Shown here piece after piece: positions 1-11,127 of a stretch of 57,383 bases of DNA (position 1 is the stretch's first letter; the number at the start of each line of letters is the position of its first letter). The notes beneath the pieces are model-generated. The model worked only from the letters and a program-made list of their open reading frames with translations. It was not told the origin of the DNA and searched no databases. Both the position numbers and the translations under genes were made by a program. The DNA comes from Isurus oxyrinchus (lineage: Eukaryota): contig JANJGN010000150.1 in the NCBI GenBank assembly GCA_026770705.1, positions 1,178,001 through 1,235,383 on the forward strand, read 5' to 3'.

Positions 1-4
1 ACAG

Positions 5-50
5 AATGAAATGTGTTGAAATATTCTCTCCCCTTCCCAAAATGGGCCAG
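5..50 (+). CDS. Possible cytoplasmic-tail exon of the upstream receptor gene (MKCVEIFSPLPKMGQ); acceptor context cut off by the window edge
   Basis: ACAG at 1-4 and CAG|GTAATA donor at 50/51. Only one frame is open, and it ends in phase 0, matching the exon at 2615. No homology recognised. Confidence 0.25.
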
Positions 51-284
51 GTAATAACTTTCCCCATGGCTGATGCATGTGGTGCAATTACTCCTTCACC
101 TCATAGATGGAGTACCAGATGCTAAGGTTAAGGACAGACATCCATTTATACGGCACATTCCCCTTCTCTCTCGATAAGGCTTCAGTTATTACATGTTAAA
201 CAGGAGCCATGGAGCACAGTGCGCTGAGGAGTGACAATAGTTAACAGGGCTCCCATTAACATAACTCACCTTCACCCTATTAGG

Positions 285-1705
285 CTGACAAGTCCCTAGG
301 TTCTCATGAGCTGCATCTTCACACCTTAAATGTGGCTGCAGAGAAAGTAGATGTGTTGCTTGTAATTTTCCAAAACTCCCTAGATTCTGGAAAAGTCCCA
401 GCAGATTGAAAAAAATCTCAAATGTAACATTTCTATTCAAGAAAGGAGGGAGACAGAAACAGGAAAGTACAGGCCACTTAGTCCAACACCTGTGATAGGG
501 AAAATACTAGAATCTATTAATAAGGAGGTTAGAGAGAACATTTAGCAAATCTAAATGCAATCAGGCAGAGTCACCATGGTTTTGCATTCTTTAACAAAGT
601 ATCAAGCAACTGTGGATAAAGGAGATGTGGTATACTTGGATTTACATAAGGCATTCAACACGGTGTCACTTCAAAGGTTACAAGTCAAAATATGAGCTCC
701 TGGTGTCAGGGGTAACATATTAGCGTGCAGAGAGGATTGGTTCAGGAACAGGAGCATAGAATAGGGATAAGCAGGTTATTTTCGGGTTAGCAGGGTTTAA
801 TGAGTGCAATGCAATAGGGATCAGTGCTGGAGCCTCAACTATTTACAACTTACGTCAATGACTTAGATGAAGGGACCGAATGTATTGTTGCTAACGTTGC
901 TGATGACACAAAGAAAGGCAGGAGAGTGAGTTGTGAAGAGGACATAAGGAGTCTGCAAAGGGATATAGATAGGCTAAGTGAATGGGTACAAAATTGGCAG
1001 ATGGAGCATAAGGTGGGAAAATATGACCTTGTCCACTTGGGCAGGAGAAGAGAAAAGCAGCAAATGATCTAAATGGAGAGAGATTGCAGAACTTTAAGGT
1101 ACAGAGGGATCTGGGTGTCCTGGTACATGAATCACAATAAGTTAGTAAGCAGATGCAGCAAGTGATTAGGAAGGCAAATGGAATGTTGCCATTTATTGCG
1201 AGGGGACTGGAATATAAAAGTAGGGATGTTTTTTCTACAGTTGCACAGGGCATTGGTGAGACCACATCTGGAAAACTGTGCACAGTTTTGGTCCCATTTT
1301 AGAAAGGACATTATTGCATTAGTCGCAGTTCAGAGAAGGTTCGCTCGACTGGTTCCTGGAACGTGGGGGTTATCTTACGAGGAAAGGTTGGACAGGCTGG
1401 GCCTGAAGCCATTGGAGGCAACACAGTTTCAAAATAAGGAGCCTTCCATTTAAAATGGTGATGAGGAGGGATTATTTCCCCTCAGGGATTCTTCAGTATT
1501 TGGAATTCTCCTACCCTGGCAGCAGTGGATGCTGGATCATTGAACGTGTTTAAGGCTGAGTTAGTTGGATTCCTGACTGACAAGACAGCTAGGGGTATAG
1601 GAGGTAAACGGGAAAGTTGTGTTAAGGCCACAGTCAGATTAACCATGATCATATAAAATGGTGGAACAGGCTCGAGGGGCCGAAAGGTCTGTGTCTGTCC
1701 CTAAT
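285..1705 (+). mobile_element. CR1-type LINE, decayed RT ORF2 plus 3' UTR
   Basis: RT-like translations (VLEPQLFTTYVNDLDEG, VADDTK, LVRPHLENCAQFWS, LSYEERL) with stops and frameshifts. Typical 3' end aatggtggaacaggctcgaggggccgaa near 1657-1685. Confidence 0.9.
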
Positions 1706-1721
1706 TCATATGTGCGTGTGT

Positions 1722-1845
1722 CCCAGAGCATTTCACAGCCAATGAAGTAATTTTGAAGAGTAGTCATATGTTGTAACGTAGGATACGAGGCAGCCAATTC
1801 TTACACAGCAAGATCCAACAAACAGCAATGTGATAATGACCCAGG
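1722..1845 (-). mobile_element. Deu-domain SINE fragment (AmnSINE1/SacSINE1-like)
   Basis: Reverse complement of the cattgctgtttgtgggatcttgctgtgc...aattggctgcc core; other copies at 9875, 18790, 34805, 42300 and 53740. Confidence 0.7.
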
Positions 1846-1904
1846 TCACCTGTGTGGATCTGCTGATCGAGGAAAACTCAACCGCACATCTTTAGAAGTA
1901 AAAG

Positions 1905-2520
1905 TATCAATAATCAAACCCCATTCAGTATCAACAATAAAACCCCGTTCAGCATCAATAATCAAACCCCGTTCAGCATCAATAATCAAACCCCGTTCAG
2001 TAGCAATAATCAAACCTTCGTACAGTATCAATAATCAAACCTTCGTACAGTATCAATAATCAAACCCCGTTCACGATCAATAATCAAACCCTGTTTCAGT
2101 ATCAATAATCAAACCCCGTTCAGTATCAATAATCAAACCCCGTTCAGTATCAATAATCAAACCCTGTTCAGTATCAATAATCAAACCCCGTTCAGAATCA
2201 ATAATCAAACCCCGTTCAGAATTAATAATCAAACCCCTTTCACTATCAATAATCAATCACCGTCCAGTGTCAATAATCAACCCCGTTCAGAATCAATAAT
2301 CAAATCCCGTTCAGTATCAATAATCAAATCCCGTTCAGTATCAATAATCAAACCCTGTTCAGTATCAATAATCAAATCCCGTTCAGTATCAATAATCAAA
2401 CCCCGTTCAGTATCAATAATCAAATCCCGTTCAGTATCAATAATCAAACCCCGTTCAGTATCAATAATCAAATCCCGTTCAGTATCAATAATCAAACACT
2501 GTTCAGTGTCAATAATTAAT
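1905..2520. repeat. 24-bp minisatellite (TCAATAATCAAACCCCGTTCAGTA), about 25 copies
   Basis: Direct tandem repeat; explains the IIDTERGL-repeat ORFs. Confidence 0.95.
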
Positions 2521-2614
2521 GTCTCTATTGTGGGTGGAATTTTCGATTTGGATCAATAATACTAAACACTGATCACTCTGATTGTCACTCTGATCATTTC
2601 TGTTTCTATTACAG

Positions 2615-2731
2615 AAGAAAGATGAGAAGGTTCTGGAAATGAAATCTAACCGCGGAGTCAATCCTGATACAGATGATGATCTTTACGCAAACTGTGAATT
2701 TGCTGAGGATTCTGTTTATGGGAATTTATAA
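2615..2731 (+). CDS. Terminal coding exon of an upstream receptor gene; cytoplasmic tail KKDEKVLEMKSNRGVNPDTDDDLYANCEFAEDSVYGNL* with an ITIM-like motif
   Basis: Pyrimidine tract tttctgtttctattacAG at 2597-2614, 38 open codons in phase 0, TAA at 2729-2731. SVYGNL fits S/I/V/L-x-Y-x-x-I/V/L and a second Tyr lies in DLYANC. Unique AT-rich UTR-like sequence follows. Confidence 0.65.
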   Translation, partial: KKDEKVLEMKSNRGVNPDTDDDLYANCEFAEDSVYGNL

Positions 2732-3478
2732 ACTGAGCAAGAATGAGACACACACAGTGTGGGGAGAATACAGAACGGGAGAATCATTCAAAACTCCAAT
2801 TTACCTTCCTAATATCCACAGGAACTCACTCACAGGAAATAGATTTAAACCTCTTGTTACAATCTGATGGAATTTCTTCGGAATGATCTATCCAGGATGG
2901 TTGTCTGTGGGTTTCAATTCGAACATCCTCCTTCAGAATTGTCCCTCCCTGTTGGAAACATCCTTCTCTCCATTCTGATTGTAAATGTCTTTAGATATCG
3001 TTCGATGATGTACCAGGACAGAACGGACAAATTCAATTCCGTGTCCGTGATTAAGAGTTAATTTTCATTCTGTTATTCACCTTCCTGTCTGTCAGTGTTT
3101 ACAGAATATTCATCAGCCAGTGTAGATTTCAGGAAATGCAGGATCAGTGGATAATTGGAGCAGAGAAGATAGGAATAATTTACTCAGCATTTTACAGTCA
3201 AACTTATTTTCAGATATTTGGATTTTATATTTCATTATTAAATAGCGAAACTAACAACAATCTGGGAAACAGGGAAACAGAGTTGCTTGTAGAATTGGGA
3301 AATTCTCTCCAACACAAAGGAAAACCGAAGACCTAGAGTGCCACCACTGGTGGGAGGACATCAGTACAGCGTGACGTGTTTACATTGTAATTGTGGACAG
3401 AGGAAATTATGCTGTACGTTTTTCAATACATCATAGATGGATGAAACACAATGTGATTACAGAACAAGCTAAAGCTAC

Positions 3479-3484
3479 AATAAA
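3479..3484 (+). terminator. Candidate polyadenylation signal (AATAAA) of the upstream receptor gene
   Basis: AATAAA about 750 nt after the stop at 2731, at the end of the unique AT-rich segment. Confidence 0.45.
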
Positions 3485-3785
3485 CAACCATTTTAGTCTC
3501 TCAGTCTCTGAAAGTGCATTTAGCATTCATCCTGATGGCTGAGTGGTTGGGTGGACTGTGCTGTGTGTTACAGATTACAGAGACCAACATCCTAGATCCA
3601 GGTTCAGCTCTGTGTTTGATTAAAAGATCCCAACCAAATTTGTAGAACAAAGATTGGGAAAATAAGTAATTCACCAGCATTAATCTGTAATTGATTAATC
3701 TCCCTCTGTTAATCATTTAAGGACAGGATTGGGTTTGAGGGCGTTACCCTCCAGAATCATACACATCCATTGATTGCCCATTGAA

Positions 3786-4555
3786 TAGGAACAGGAGGCC
3801 ATTTAGCCCCCTTGAGTCTGTTACACAGGAACAGCAGTAGGTCCATTCAGCCCCTTTGATGCTGTTACAAAGTTACAGGAGGAGGCCATTCAGCCCCCTC
3901 GAGTCTGCTAAACAGTAACAGGAAGAGGCCTTTTCAGTCCCCTTGAACCTGTTACAAAGGTACAGGGGGAGGCCCATTCAGCCCCCTCGAGTCTGTTACA
4001 CAGGAACAGTAGGAGGCCCATTCAGCCCCCTCGAGCCTGTTACACTTGAACAGGAGGAGGCCCATTCAGCCCCCTCGAGTCTGTTACACAGTAACAGGAG
4101 GAGGCCCATTCAGCCCCCTCGAGTCTGTTACACAGTAACAGGAGGAGGCCCATTCAGCCCCCTCGAGTCTGTTACACAGTAACAGGAGGAGGCCTTTTCA
4201 GTCCCCTTGAACCTGTTACAAAGGTACAGGAGGAGGCCCATTCAGCCCCCTCAAGTCTGTTACACAGGAACAGGAGGAGGCCCATTCAGCCCCCTCGAGT
4301 CTGTTACACAGTAACAGGAGGAGGCCCATCAGCCCCCTCGAGCCTATTACACAGTAACAGGAAGAGGTCATTCAGTCCCCTCGAGGCTGTTATACAGGAA
4401 CAGGACGAGGCCCATTCAGTCACCCAGGCGCCTGTTACACAGGAACAGGAAGTGGCCCATTCAACCACCTAGCTGCCTGTTACACCGGTACAGGAAGAGG
4501 CCCATTCAGCCCCCTTGAATCTGTTACACAGGAACAGGAGAAGGCCATTCAACCA
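3786..4555. repeat. ~43-bp minisatellite (ACACAGGAACAGGAGGAGGCCCATTCAGCCCCCTCGAGCCTGTT) related to the CR1 3' end
   Basis: Tandem repeat; the unit is the reverse complement of the CR1 terminal motif aacaggctcgaggggccgaatggcct. Confidence 0.9.
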
Positions 4556-5216
4556 CAGCCTTGGCACCAAAGGGGTTACCAGTTTGCTTACGGTGCAAGA
4601 CAAAGTGTTGGTTTCTCACATTCACACCAACCACCTCACATTTTGATTCACAGTGACACATCAACCCTTTCTAATTAAATACACAGAGGGAGCAGCACAG
4701 GAAGAGGTCATTCAGCCCAAGCAGAGCGTGTGGGCAGTTCCTCCACAGGCGAGCAGTCGGTCCTGGGTAAGTAACAGAACGATTGGAATTCACTTCCACA
4801 ACCAACACCGTCCTTTGTTGATGTTGTGACTTTATAAAGTCAGATTCCAATGCTTGATGGCTTTGAAAGATTTCTACTGATTATTGAGATCTGGGTGTGA
4901 GGCTCAAGTTTGTTGTACAGAACATCTTTCTAGCTCAAGGGATGAGGTAAGTGCAGAGACACGAGCTTTGGGACATCCTGAGGTGGTGAAAGGCGCAATG
5001 GAAATGCAAGTCCTTCATTGTTTTTCTTTCTTAAAGCCTTGTGACACTCTGCAGAGCACCTATCATCCCACAGAGAATCAAATTAGTCTGTGAAGACATT
5101 GTCTAAAAGCAGTTCCGATCTCTCGACAGCTGTCGGACAAGAGGTGAGGTCTCATTAACTCCTTTCTCTTTCACAGCTTGAGAGTGAGAAGTGGATGGAA
5201 TATCTGGGAGTGGACA

Positions 5217-5256
5217 ATGATCGGGAAATCTTACTTCCTCCTGTCACTTCTCCAAG
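5217..5256 (+). CDS. Siglec-like gene, leader exon coding part (MIGKSYFLLSLLQ)
   Basis: Acceptor ctctttcacAG ends at 5176, ATG at 5217 in an ACAATGA context, hydrophobic stretch, phase-1 donor CAAG|GTAATA. Joins the V exon to give ...LLQVGLS/QEWK. Confidence 0.75.
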
Positions 5257-5431
5257 GTAATATCACCATCAGCTCAGACAGATTTATGGTTAATAGTCTT
5301 TGTAAAAGATCATTCTTATTGAGCTGTGATTGGGAACCGATTCAGCAGTGACCCAGTGTACAGACTCACAACAAGTCCCATTCACCCATCACCCCTGTGC
5401 TCACTGATATACACTGACTCCCTGTCTGGCA

Positions 5432-5605
5432 GCAGAATTGGAGGAGAGCAGAGATCTCAGAGGGCTGCAGGGGCTGGAGGAGGTTACAGAGATAGGGAGG
5501 GAAGAGGGGGTTTAAGGGATTGGAATTGAGGATGAGGATCTTAAAATCGAGGTGTTGCTTGACTGGGAGCCTATGTAGGTCAGCGTGAATGGGGGTGGGT
5601 GGTAA
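5432..5605 (-). mobile_element. L2-like LINE 3' fragment
   Basis: Reverse complement of the family at 8500-8970 and 16120-16420; contains one copy of the 37-bp unit. Confidence 0.55.
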
Positions 5606-6100
5606 AAGGTTGAGTAGAAAATCAGGAATAAAAACTGGGGATGAAGTCTATCCCGATGCTAGGAATCCGATAGCCATATACTGAAATTTGTGTCTTTTGC
5701 TGATTTTAGTCAGAATTTCTCATGAAGACAACACAGCAGCTCCTAGAATAGACAGGCTGTTCAGTGTCACAATTCCTGTCCATTCTCACCTTGCTAGATA
5801 CTTCAATAAGGGAGCAAGATAACTGAAAGAGAGAAGGAAGGTAAAGCTGTCCGTGTGTAAATGTGTCAATATTCAGTTTGCATATTTGTCTTTCTCTCGA
5901 CACATGCAGAGCTCAGGCTAGAGGCACTTTGTTAGTGTGTTTCACAGTCTCTGCTGGAGTAGGGTCAGTGCTGAACTTGGAGACAAGTCAGTCTACAATG
6001 CTGCATCCGAATCAACAATACAACAATATGGGGTTTGGATCAGAAATAATCCCTTAGACAATGAGGATCCAAAGAGATTCCATAGACAATGAGGTTCCAA

Positions 6101-7620
6101 TCTCCACCCCTCCATCATTTTCACGTGGTCCATCTCTGACACTTCCCTTCCCTTCCTTGACCTCTCTGTCTCAATCTCTGGTGATAGACTGTCCACCAAT
6201 ATCCATTACAAACCCACCGACTCCCACAGCTACCTCGACTACATCTCCTCACACCCCGCTTCCTGTAAAGACTCCATCCCATTCTCCCAGTTCCTTCGCC
6301 TTCGTCGCATCTGTTCCGATGATGCTACCTTCAAAAACGGTTCCTCTGACATGTCCTCCTTCTTCCTTAACCGAGGTTTTCCACCCACGGTCATTGACAG
6401 GGCCCTCAACCGTGTCCGGCCCATCTCCCACACATCCGCCCTCACGCCTTCTCCTCCCTCCCAGACACATGATAGGGTCCCCCTTGTCCTCACTTATCAC
6501 CCCACCAGCCTCCGCATTCAAAGGATCATCTCCGCCATTTCCGCCAACTCCAGCATGATGCCACCACCAAACACATCTTCCCTTCACCCCACTTATCGGC
6601 ATTCCGTAGGGATCGCTCCCTCTGGGACACCCTGGTCCACTCCTCCATCACCCCCTACTCCTCAACCCCCTCCTATGGCACCACCCCATGCCCACGCAAA
6701 AGATGTAACACCTGCCCCTTCACTTCCTCTCTCCTCACCGTCCAAGGGCCCAAACACTCCTTTCAAGTGAAGCAGCATTTCACTTGCATTTCCCCCAACT
6801 TAGTCTACTGCATTCATTGCTCCCAATGTGGTCTCCTCTACATTGGAGAGACCAAACGTAAACTGGGCGACCGCTTTGCAGAACACCTGCGGTCTGTCCG
6901 CAAGAATGACCCAAACCTCCCTGTCGCTTGCCATTTTAACACTCCACCCTGCTCTCTTGCCCACATGTCTGTCCTTGGCTTGCTGCATTGTTCCAGTGAA
7001 GCCCAACGCAAACTGGAGGAACAACACCTCGTCTTCCGACAAGGCACCTTACAGCCTTCCGGACTGAATATTGAATTCAACAACTTTAGGTCGTGAGCTC
7101 CCTCCCCCATCCCCACCCCATTTCTGTTTCCCCCTTTCTTTTTTTTCCAATAAATTATATAGATTTTTCTTTTCCCACCTATTTCCATTATTTTTAAATA
7201 TTTTAAAATCTTTTATGCTCTCCCCACCCCCATTAGAGCTATACCTTGAGTGCCCTACCATCCATTTTTAATTAGCACATTCGTTTAGATAATATCACCA
7301 ACTTTAACTTTAACACCTATGTGTTCTATTGTACCATTGTCGTTGACATCTTTTGATGATCTGCTTCTATCACTGCTTGTTTGTCCATATAACCACACCC
7401 CCAACCACCCCCCCAACCACCCCCCCAGCAACCTCTCTCTCTCTCTCTCTATCTCTCCACCCACCACACACACACCTTAAACCAGCTTATATTTCAACTT
7501 TTTCTTGGACTCGAACTCAAGTTCTGTCGAAGGGTCATGAGGACTCGAAACGTCAACTCTTTTCTTCTCCGCCGATGCTGCCAGACCTGTTGAGTTTTTC
7601 CAGGTAATTCTGTTTTTGTT
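6101..7620 (+). mobile_element. 5'-truncated Penelope-like element: RT C-terminus, GIY-YIG endonuclease and 3' pseudo-LTR
   Basis: Frame from 6102 reads LHPSIIFTWSISDTSLPFLDLSV...YKPTDSHSYL...FLRLRRICS. ORF 6767-7096 reads NLVYCIHCSQCGLLYIGETKRKLGDRFAEH...CHFN...GLN, with a frameshift near 6530. Possible TSD gaggttccaa (6091-6100) / gaggatccaa (7621-7630). Confidence 0.9.
7519..7558 (+). ncRNA. Minimal hammerhead-ribozyme motif (variant core) in the Penelope pseudo-LTR
   Basis: AGUU-CUGUCGA-A-GGGUC(augag)GACUC-GAA-ACGU-C-AACU: stem I AGUU/AACU, stem II, palindromic ACGU, GUC site. The core differs from CUGANGA at one position. Confidence 0.6.
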
Positions 7621-8086
7621 GAGGATCCAAAGAGATTCTTTAGAGAATGAAGATTACAAAATGCACTAATTATATTGAATCAGATTAGCCAATCAGCTGT
7701 GCTGAAGAGCAGACAGGAATGTTAGGCTAATTAGTGATTCATGACGGTGATAATGGGGGGAGTTCTGAGGGCTCCTAATCCATTGTCCTGTCTTGTAAAT
7801 CAGCACTGAATGGATCTCAATTGGTGCATCTTGTAGACACTGTGTTGGGTGGAAGACTGGCTTCACTAAACTGGGTCCTGAGGACCATGAGCCAATGTAG
7901 AATGAACTTGTCCACTCCTGTGTCCAGGATTCACTTCCATCCATTCTGAAACCTTGGGGAGTTCCTTGTGTGTCCTGGAGATGGTCCACACTGCAGCCAC
8001 TGTGCCCCAGTGATGGAGGGAGTGGATATCGAGTGTAGTGGATCGAAAAAACATCCACAGTTAAATATTGAGATTTCTCTCCCCAG

Positions 8087-8455
8087 TTGGACTGTCACAA
8101 GAGTGGAAGGGTGACACGCCACAAGAGGTGATAGCGCAGGAAGGTTCGTGTGTACAGATTCCATGTCATTACAGTTATCTATCAGAGTTGGAAAACCAAC
8201 TGCGAGCTAGAGTCTGGTTTAATAATGAGAAACAGATTCCCTGGGCTCCCATAGCCTTTCACTCCAAGGATCACAGTCACGAGTTACCACGGTTCCGGCA
8301 TCAGCCCCGGCTGTCTGGAGACCTGAAAGATGGCGACTGTTCCCTGATTATAACCAACATCAGACGGGAAGATGCAGGACCTTATTTTTTCAGAATAGAA
8401 TTTGACATCAGGAACAGTTACAGCTACTATCCTGTAACCCAGCTTCACGTTTCTG
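8087..8455 (+). CDS. Siglec/MAG-like V-set Ig domain exon, copy 1
   Basis: ctctccccAG acceptor, G|GTAAG donor, 369 nt, phase 1-1. GSCVQIPC, W, LSGDLKDGDCSL and DAGPYFFRIE give the Siglec Cys pattern (B-E disulfide, no F-strand Cys) and the essential Arg. Confidence 0.9.
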
Positions 8456-8499
8456 GTAAGTGCTGCGTTATAATTACTATTCCAACGCACTCCTGGCTG

Positions 8500-8970
8500 G
8501 TCTCGCACATTCTACCCTCTGTAAACTTGGGGTCATCTTAAACTCTGCAGCCCCTGTCTTAACCAGCAGTAACTCCCATTCCCTTATCCCCCCCTGTACT
8601 CTCTGACCTTGAATGGCTCCTGGACAAGCAATGTCTTGATTTCAAAATGCTTGTCCTTGCTTCCTCCCTATCTCTGTAATCTCCTCCTGTGCTACAGCCT
8701 TCCCAGATTTCTGCACTCCTCTACCTCTGGACTCTTCAGCATCCCTGATTTCCATCGCTCCAGCATGGACGGCCAAGCCTTCAGTAGCCTGGGTCCTGAG
8801 ACTTAAATCCTTTCATCTTTCTATCTCCTCCTTTAAGGTGCTCCTTAAAACCCACCTCTTCAACCAAGATTCTGATCACCTGACCTAATATCTCCTTATA
8901 TGGTGTGGGACGATACTTTGTATTATAATGCTCCTGTGTAGCACCTTGTGATGTTTTATTACAATATAAT
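8500..8970 (+). mobile_element. L2-like LINE 3' fragment in the V1-V2 intron
   Basis: Similar to 16120-16420 and 5432-5605 (cctatctctgtaatctcctcc...gccttcagtagcctgggtcctgag...ctccttaaaacccacctct). Confidence 0.55.
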
Positions 8971-9250
8971 CTATTGTTCTATGCTCCTCTAGACCATTTA
9001 TATTCTTAATTTCAAGGTATTATGCAACCTCCTTATTTTCCTGACCAAAATATAATACCTCACATGTATTAATGTTGAAATTAATTTGTCAATTAACTGC
9101 CCATTCTGCAAGTTTATTAATATCTTCCTGCAAATTTGTTGCAGTCCTCCCTATTATTGACCATCCCCCCAATTCAGCCACATCTGTAAATATCGGGTTC
9201 AGTGGATCTACAAACCATCCAGAGTTAAATATTGATATTTCTCTCCCCAG

Positions 9251-9619
9251 TTGGACTGTCACAAGAGTGGAAAGGTGACACTCCACGAGAGGTGACAGCG
9301 CAGGAAGGTTCGTGTGTACAGATTCCATGTCATTACAGTTATCCATCGTGTCTGGAAAACCAACCGCGAGGTGCAGTCTGGTTTAATAATGAGAAACAGA
9401 TTCCCTGGGCTCCCATTGCCTTTCACTCGAAGGATCACAGTCACGAGTTACCACGGTTCCGCCATCGGACCCGGCTGTCTGGAGACCTGAAAGATGGCGA
9501 CTGTTCCCTGATTATAAACAACATCAGACGGGAAGATGCAGGACCTTATTTTTTCAGAATAGAATTTGACAATGGTTCGAGCTATAACTATTATCCTGTA
9601 ACCCAGCTTCACTTTTCTG
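9251..9619 (+). CDS. Siglec/MAG-like V-set Ig domain exon, copy 2
   Basis: Same length (369 nt) and phase as copy 1, intact AG/GT, about 91% identical by hand count (32 nt differences), YFFRIE retained. Confidence 0.9.
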
Positions 9620-9874
9620 GTACGTGCTGTGTTATAATTACTCAACAATTCACATTCAACACTCAATGGGAAATAACACAAACTGTGACGTTTACATATT
9701 AACACAAAACACAGTTTATTATAACACACTGTCTGATTCTCAATAACCTGGTGATAGCTTCCAGTTCAGTCCTAAAGCAACCTCTAATACTTACTTAAAT
9801 ATCAATGATTAAATGTACTGACTGTGTCCATCAATGTTATCAACTCCCATCGATCTCTCTAATCCTCTTTTAAA

Positions 9875-10045
9875 CGAAAGACTTGCATTTCTATAGCGCC
9901 GTTCACCACCTCAACACGTCTCTTGCATGTTCACAGCCAATGAAATATTTCCTGAGTTGTCGTTATCGTTGTCATGTCAGAAACACAGCTGACAATTAAT
10001 GCACAGAAAGATCCCACAGACTGCAATAACATAAATAACCCAGAT
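9875..10045 (-). mobile_element. Deu-domain SINE 3' fragment
   Basis: agacttgcatttctatagcgcc...cacagccaatgaa...gatcccacagactgcaat, reverse complement of the SINE tail. Confidence 0.65.
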
Positions 10046-10321
10046 CACTGAGACAATGGCCAGAGGGTGCACTCCAAACTCTGGTCTGCTCCACCACCCT
10101 CACCCACTATTATCAGTTCAAGTTTCTCGGAGTGAACATGTATTAAGCTGAGAGACAGAAACACCAAAGTCTCAAAGCAGGAAATTCTCTCCTGATCATT
10201 GTAATCTCTCAGTTCTGATATCATCCTTGTAAAAGTGCTTTCTCTTGTGGGACTGTGATTTCTATTTGAACTGATGCTTCACGTTATATTTCTCTAAAAG
10301 GATCCATTCTCTGTCTGTTAG

Positions 10322-10677
10322 ATTTCACAGATAAACCCACGATATTCCCTGCTGAAATTATTGCAGGAAAGCATGTGGATGTAAGCTGCACCTTCAACAC
10401 AACGTGCAATGGAACAGCAGCACCTGTCTTAACCTGGGACACTCCCACTGACGTACCTGGATCAGTCTCAAACACTGTAACTCAGCATGGTGTCACTCTG
10501 ACCTATACTTCTGTTCTGACCCTGACCCCATCACTCAAACACCACGGACACACTCTCAGCTGCAGAGTGAGATATCCATCTGTTTCATCGGAGCGTACCC
10601 TCGTACTAACTGTGCAACAGAAGTACAGACATCCTTCATTCTACATTAGCGACAGTCCGGTACTCCCCCGGTACTGA
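10322..10677 (+). CDS. Siglec-like C2-set Ig domain exon, read through to a stop codon
   Basis: ctctgtctgttAG acceptor, phase 1. DFTDKPTIFP...VSCTFNTTCNGTAAPVLTW...TSVLTLTPSLKHHGHTLSCRVRY...LVLTVQ, with the extra Cys typical of Siglec domain 2. The expected donor after 10618 reads C|AGAAGT; TGA at 10675-10677. Confidence 0.8.
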
Positions 10678-11114
10678 TCTCTAACAATGCAGCACTCCCT
10701 CAGTACTGATCTCCAACAATGCAGCGCTCCCCAGATACCGATCTCCAACAGTGCAGCACTCCCTCAGTACTGATCTCCGACAGTGCAGCACTCCCCCAGT
10801 ACTGATGTCCAACAGTCCAGCACTCCCCCAGTACTGATCTCCGACAGTGCAGCACTCCCCCAGTACTGATCTCCGACAGTGCAGCACTCCCTCAGTACTG
10901 ACCCTCTGACAGTGCAGCACTCCCTCAGTAGTGATCTCCGACAGTGCAGCACTCCCTCAGTACTGACCCTCTGACAGTGCAGCACTCCCCCAGTACTGAT
11001 CTCCGACAGTGCAGCACTCCCTCAGTACTGACCCTCCAACAGTGCAGCACTCCCCCAGTACTGAGCCTCTGACAGTGCAGCACTCCCTCAGTCATAATCC
11101 TCCGACAGTGCAGA
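10657..11114. repeat. 33-bp minisatellite (ACAGTGCAGCACTCCCTCAGTACTGACCCTCCG)
   Basis: Tandem repeat; source of the TVQHSLSTDPP and STEGVLHCRRV ORFs. Confidence 0.95.
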
Positions 11115-11127
11115 GTTCCTTCTGGGA

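Noticed and set aside
4551-4800. RUNX-like (AACCACA) and ETS-like (CACTTCC) motifs and a GTAAGT donor at 4767 upstream of the Siglec leader
   Set aside because: Plausible promoter or 5' UTR exon, but such short motifs occur by chance and cannot be supported from sequence alone.
6767-7096. GIY-YIG ORF as an independent host nuclease gene
   Set aside because: It is the C-terminal part of a frameshifted, 5'-truncated Penelope ORF.
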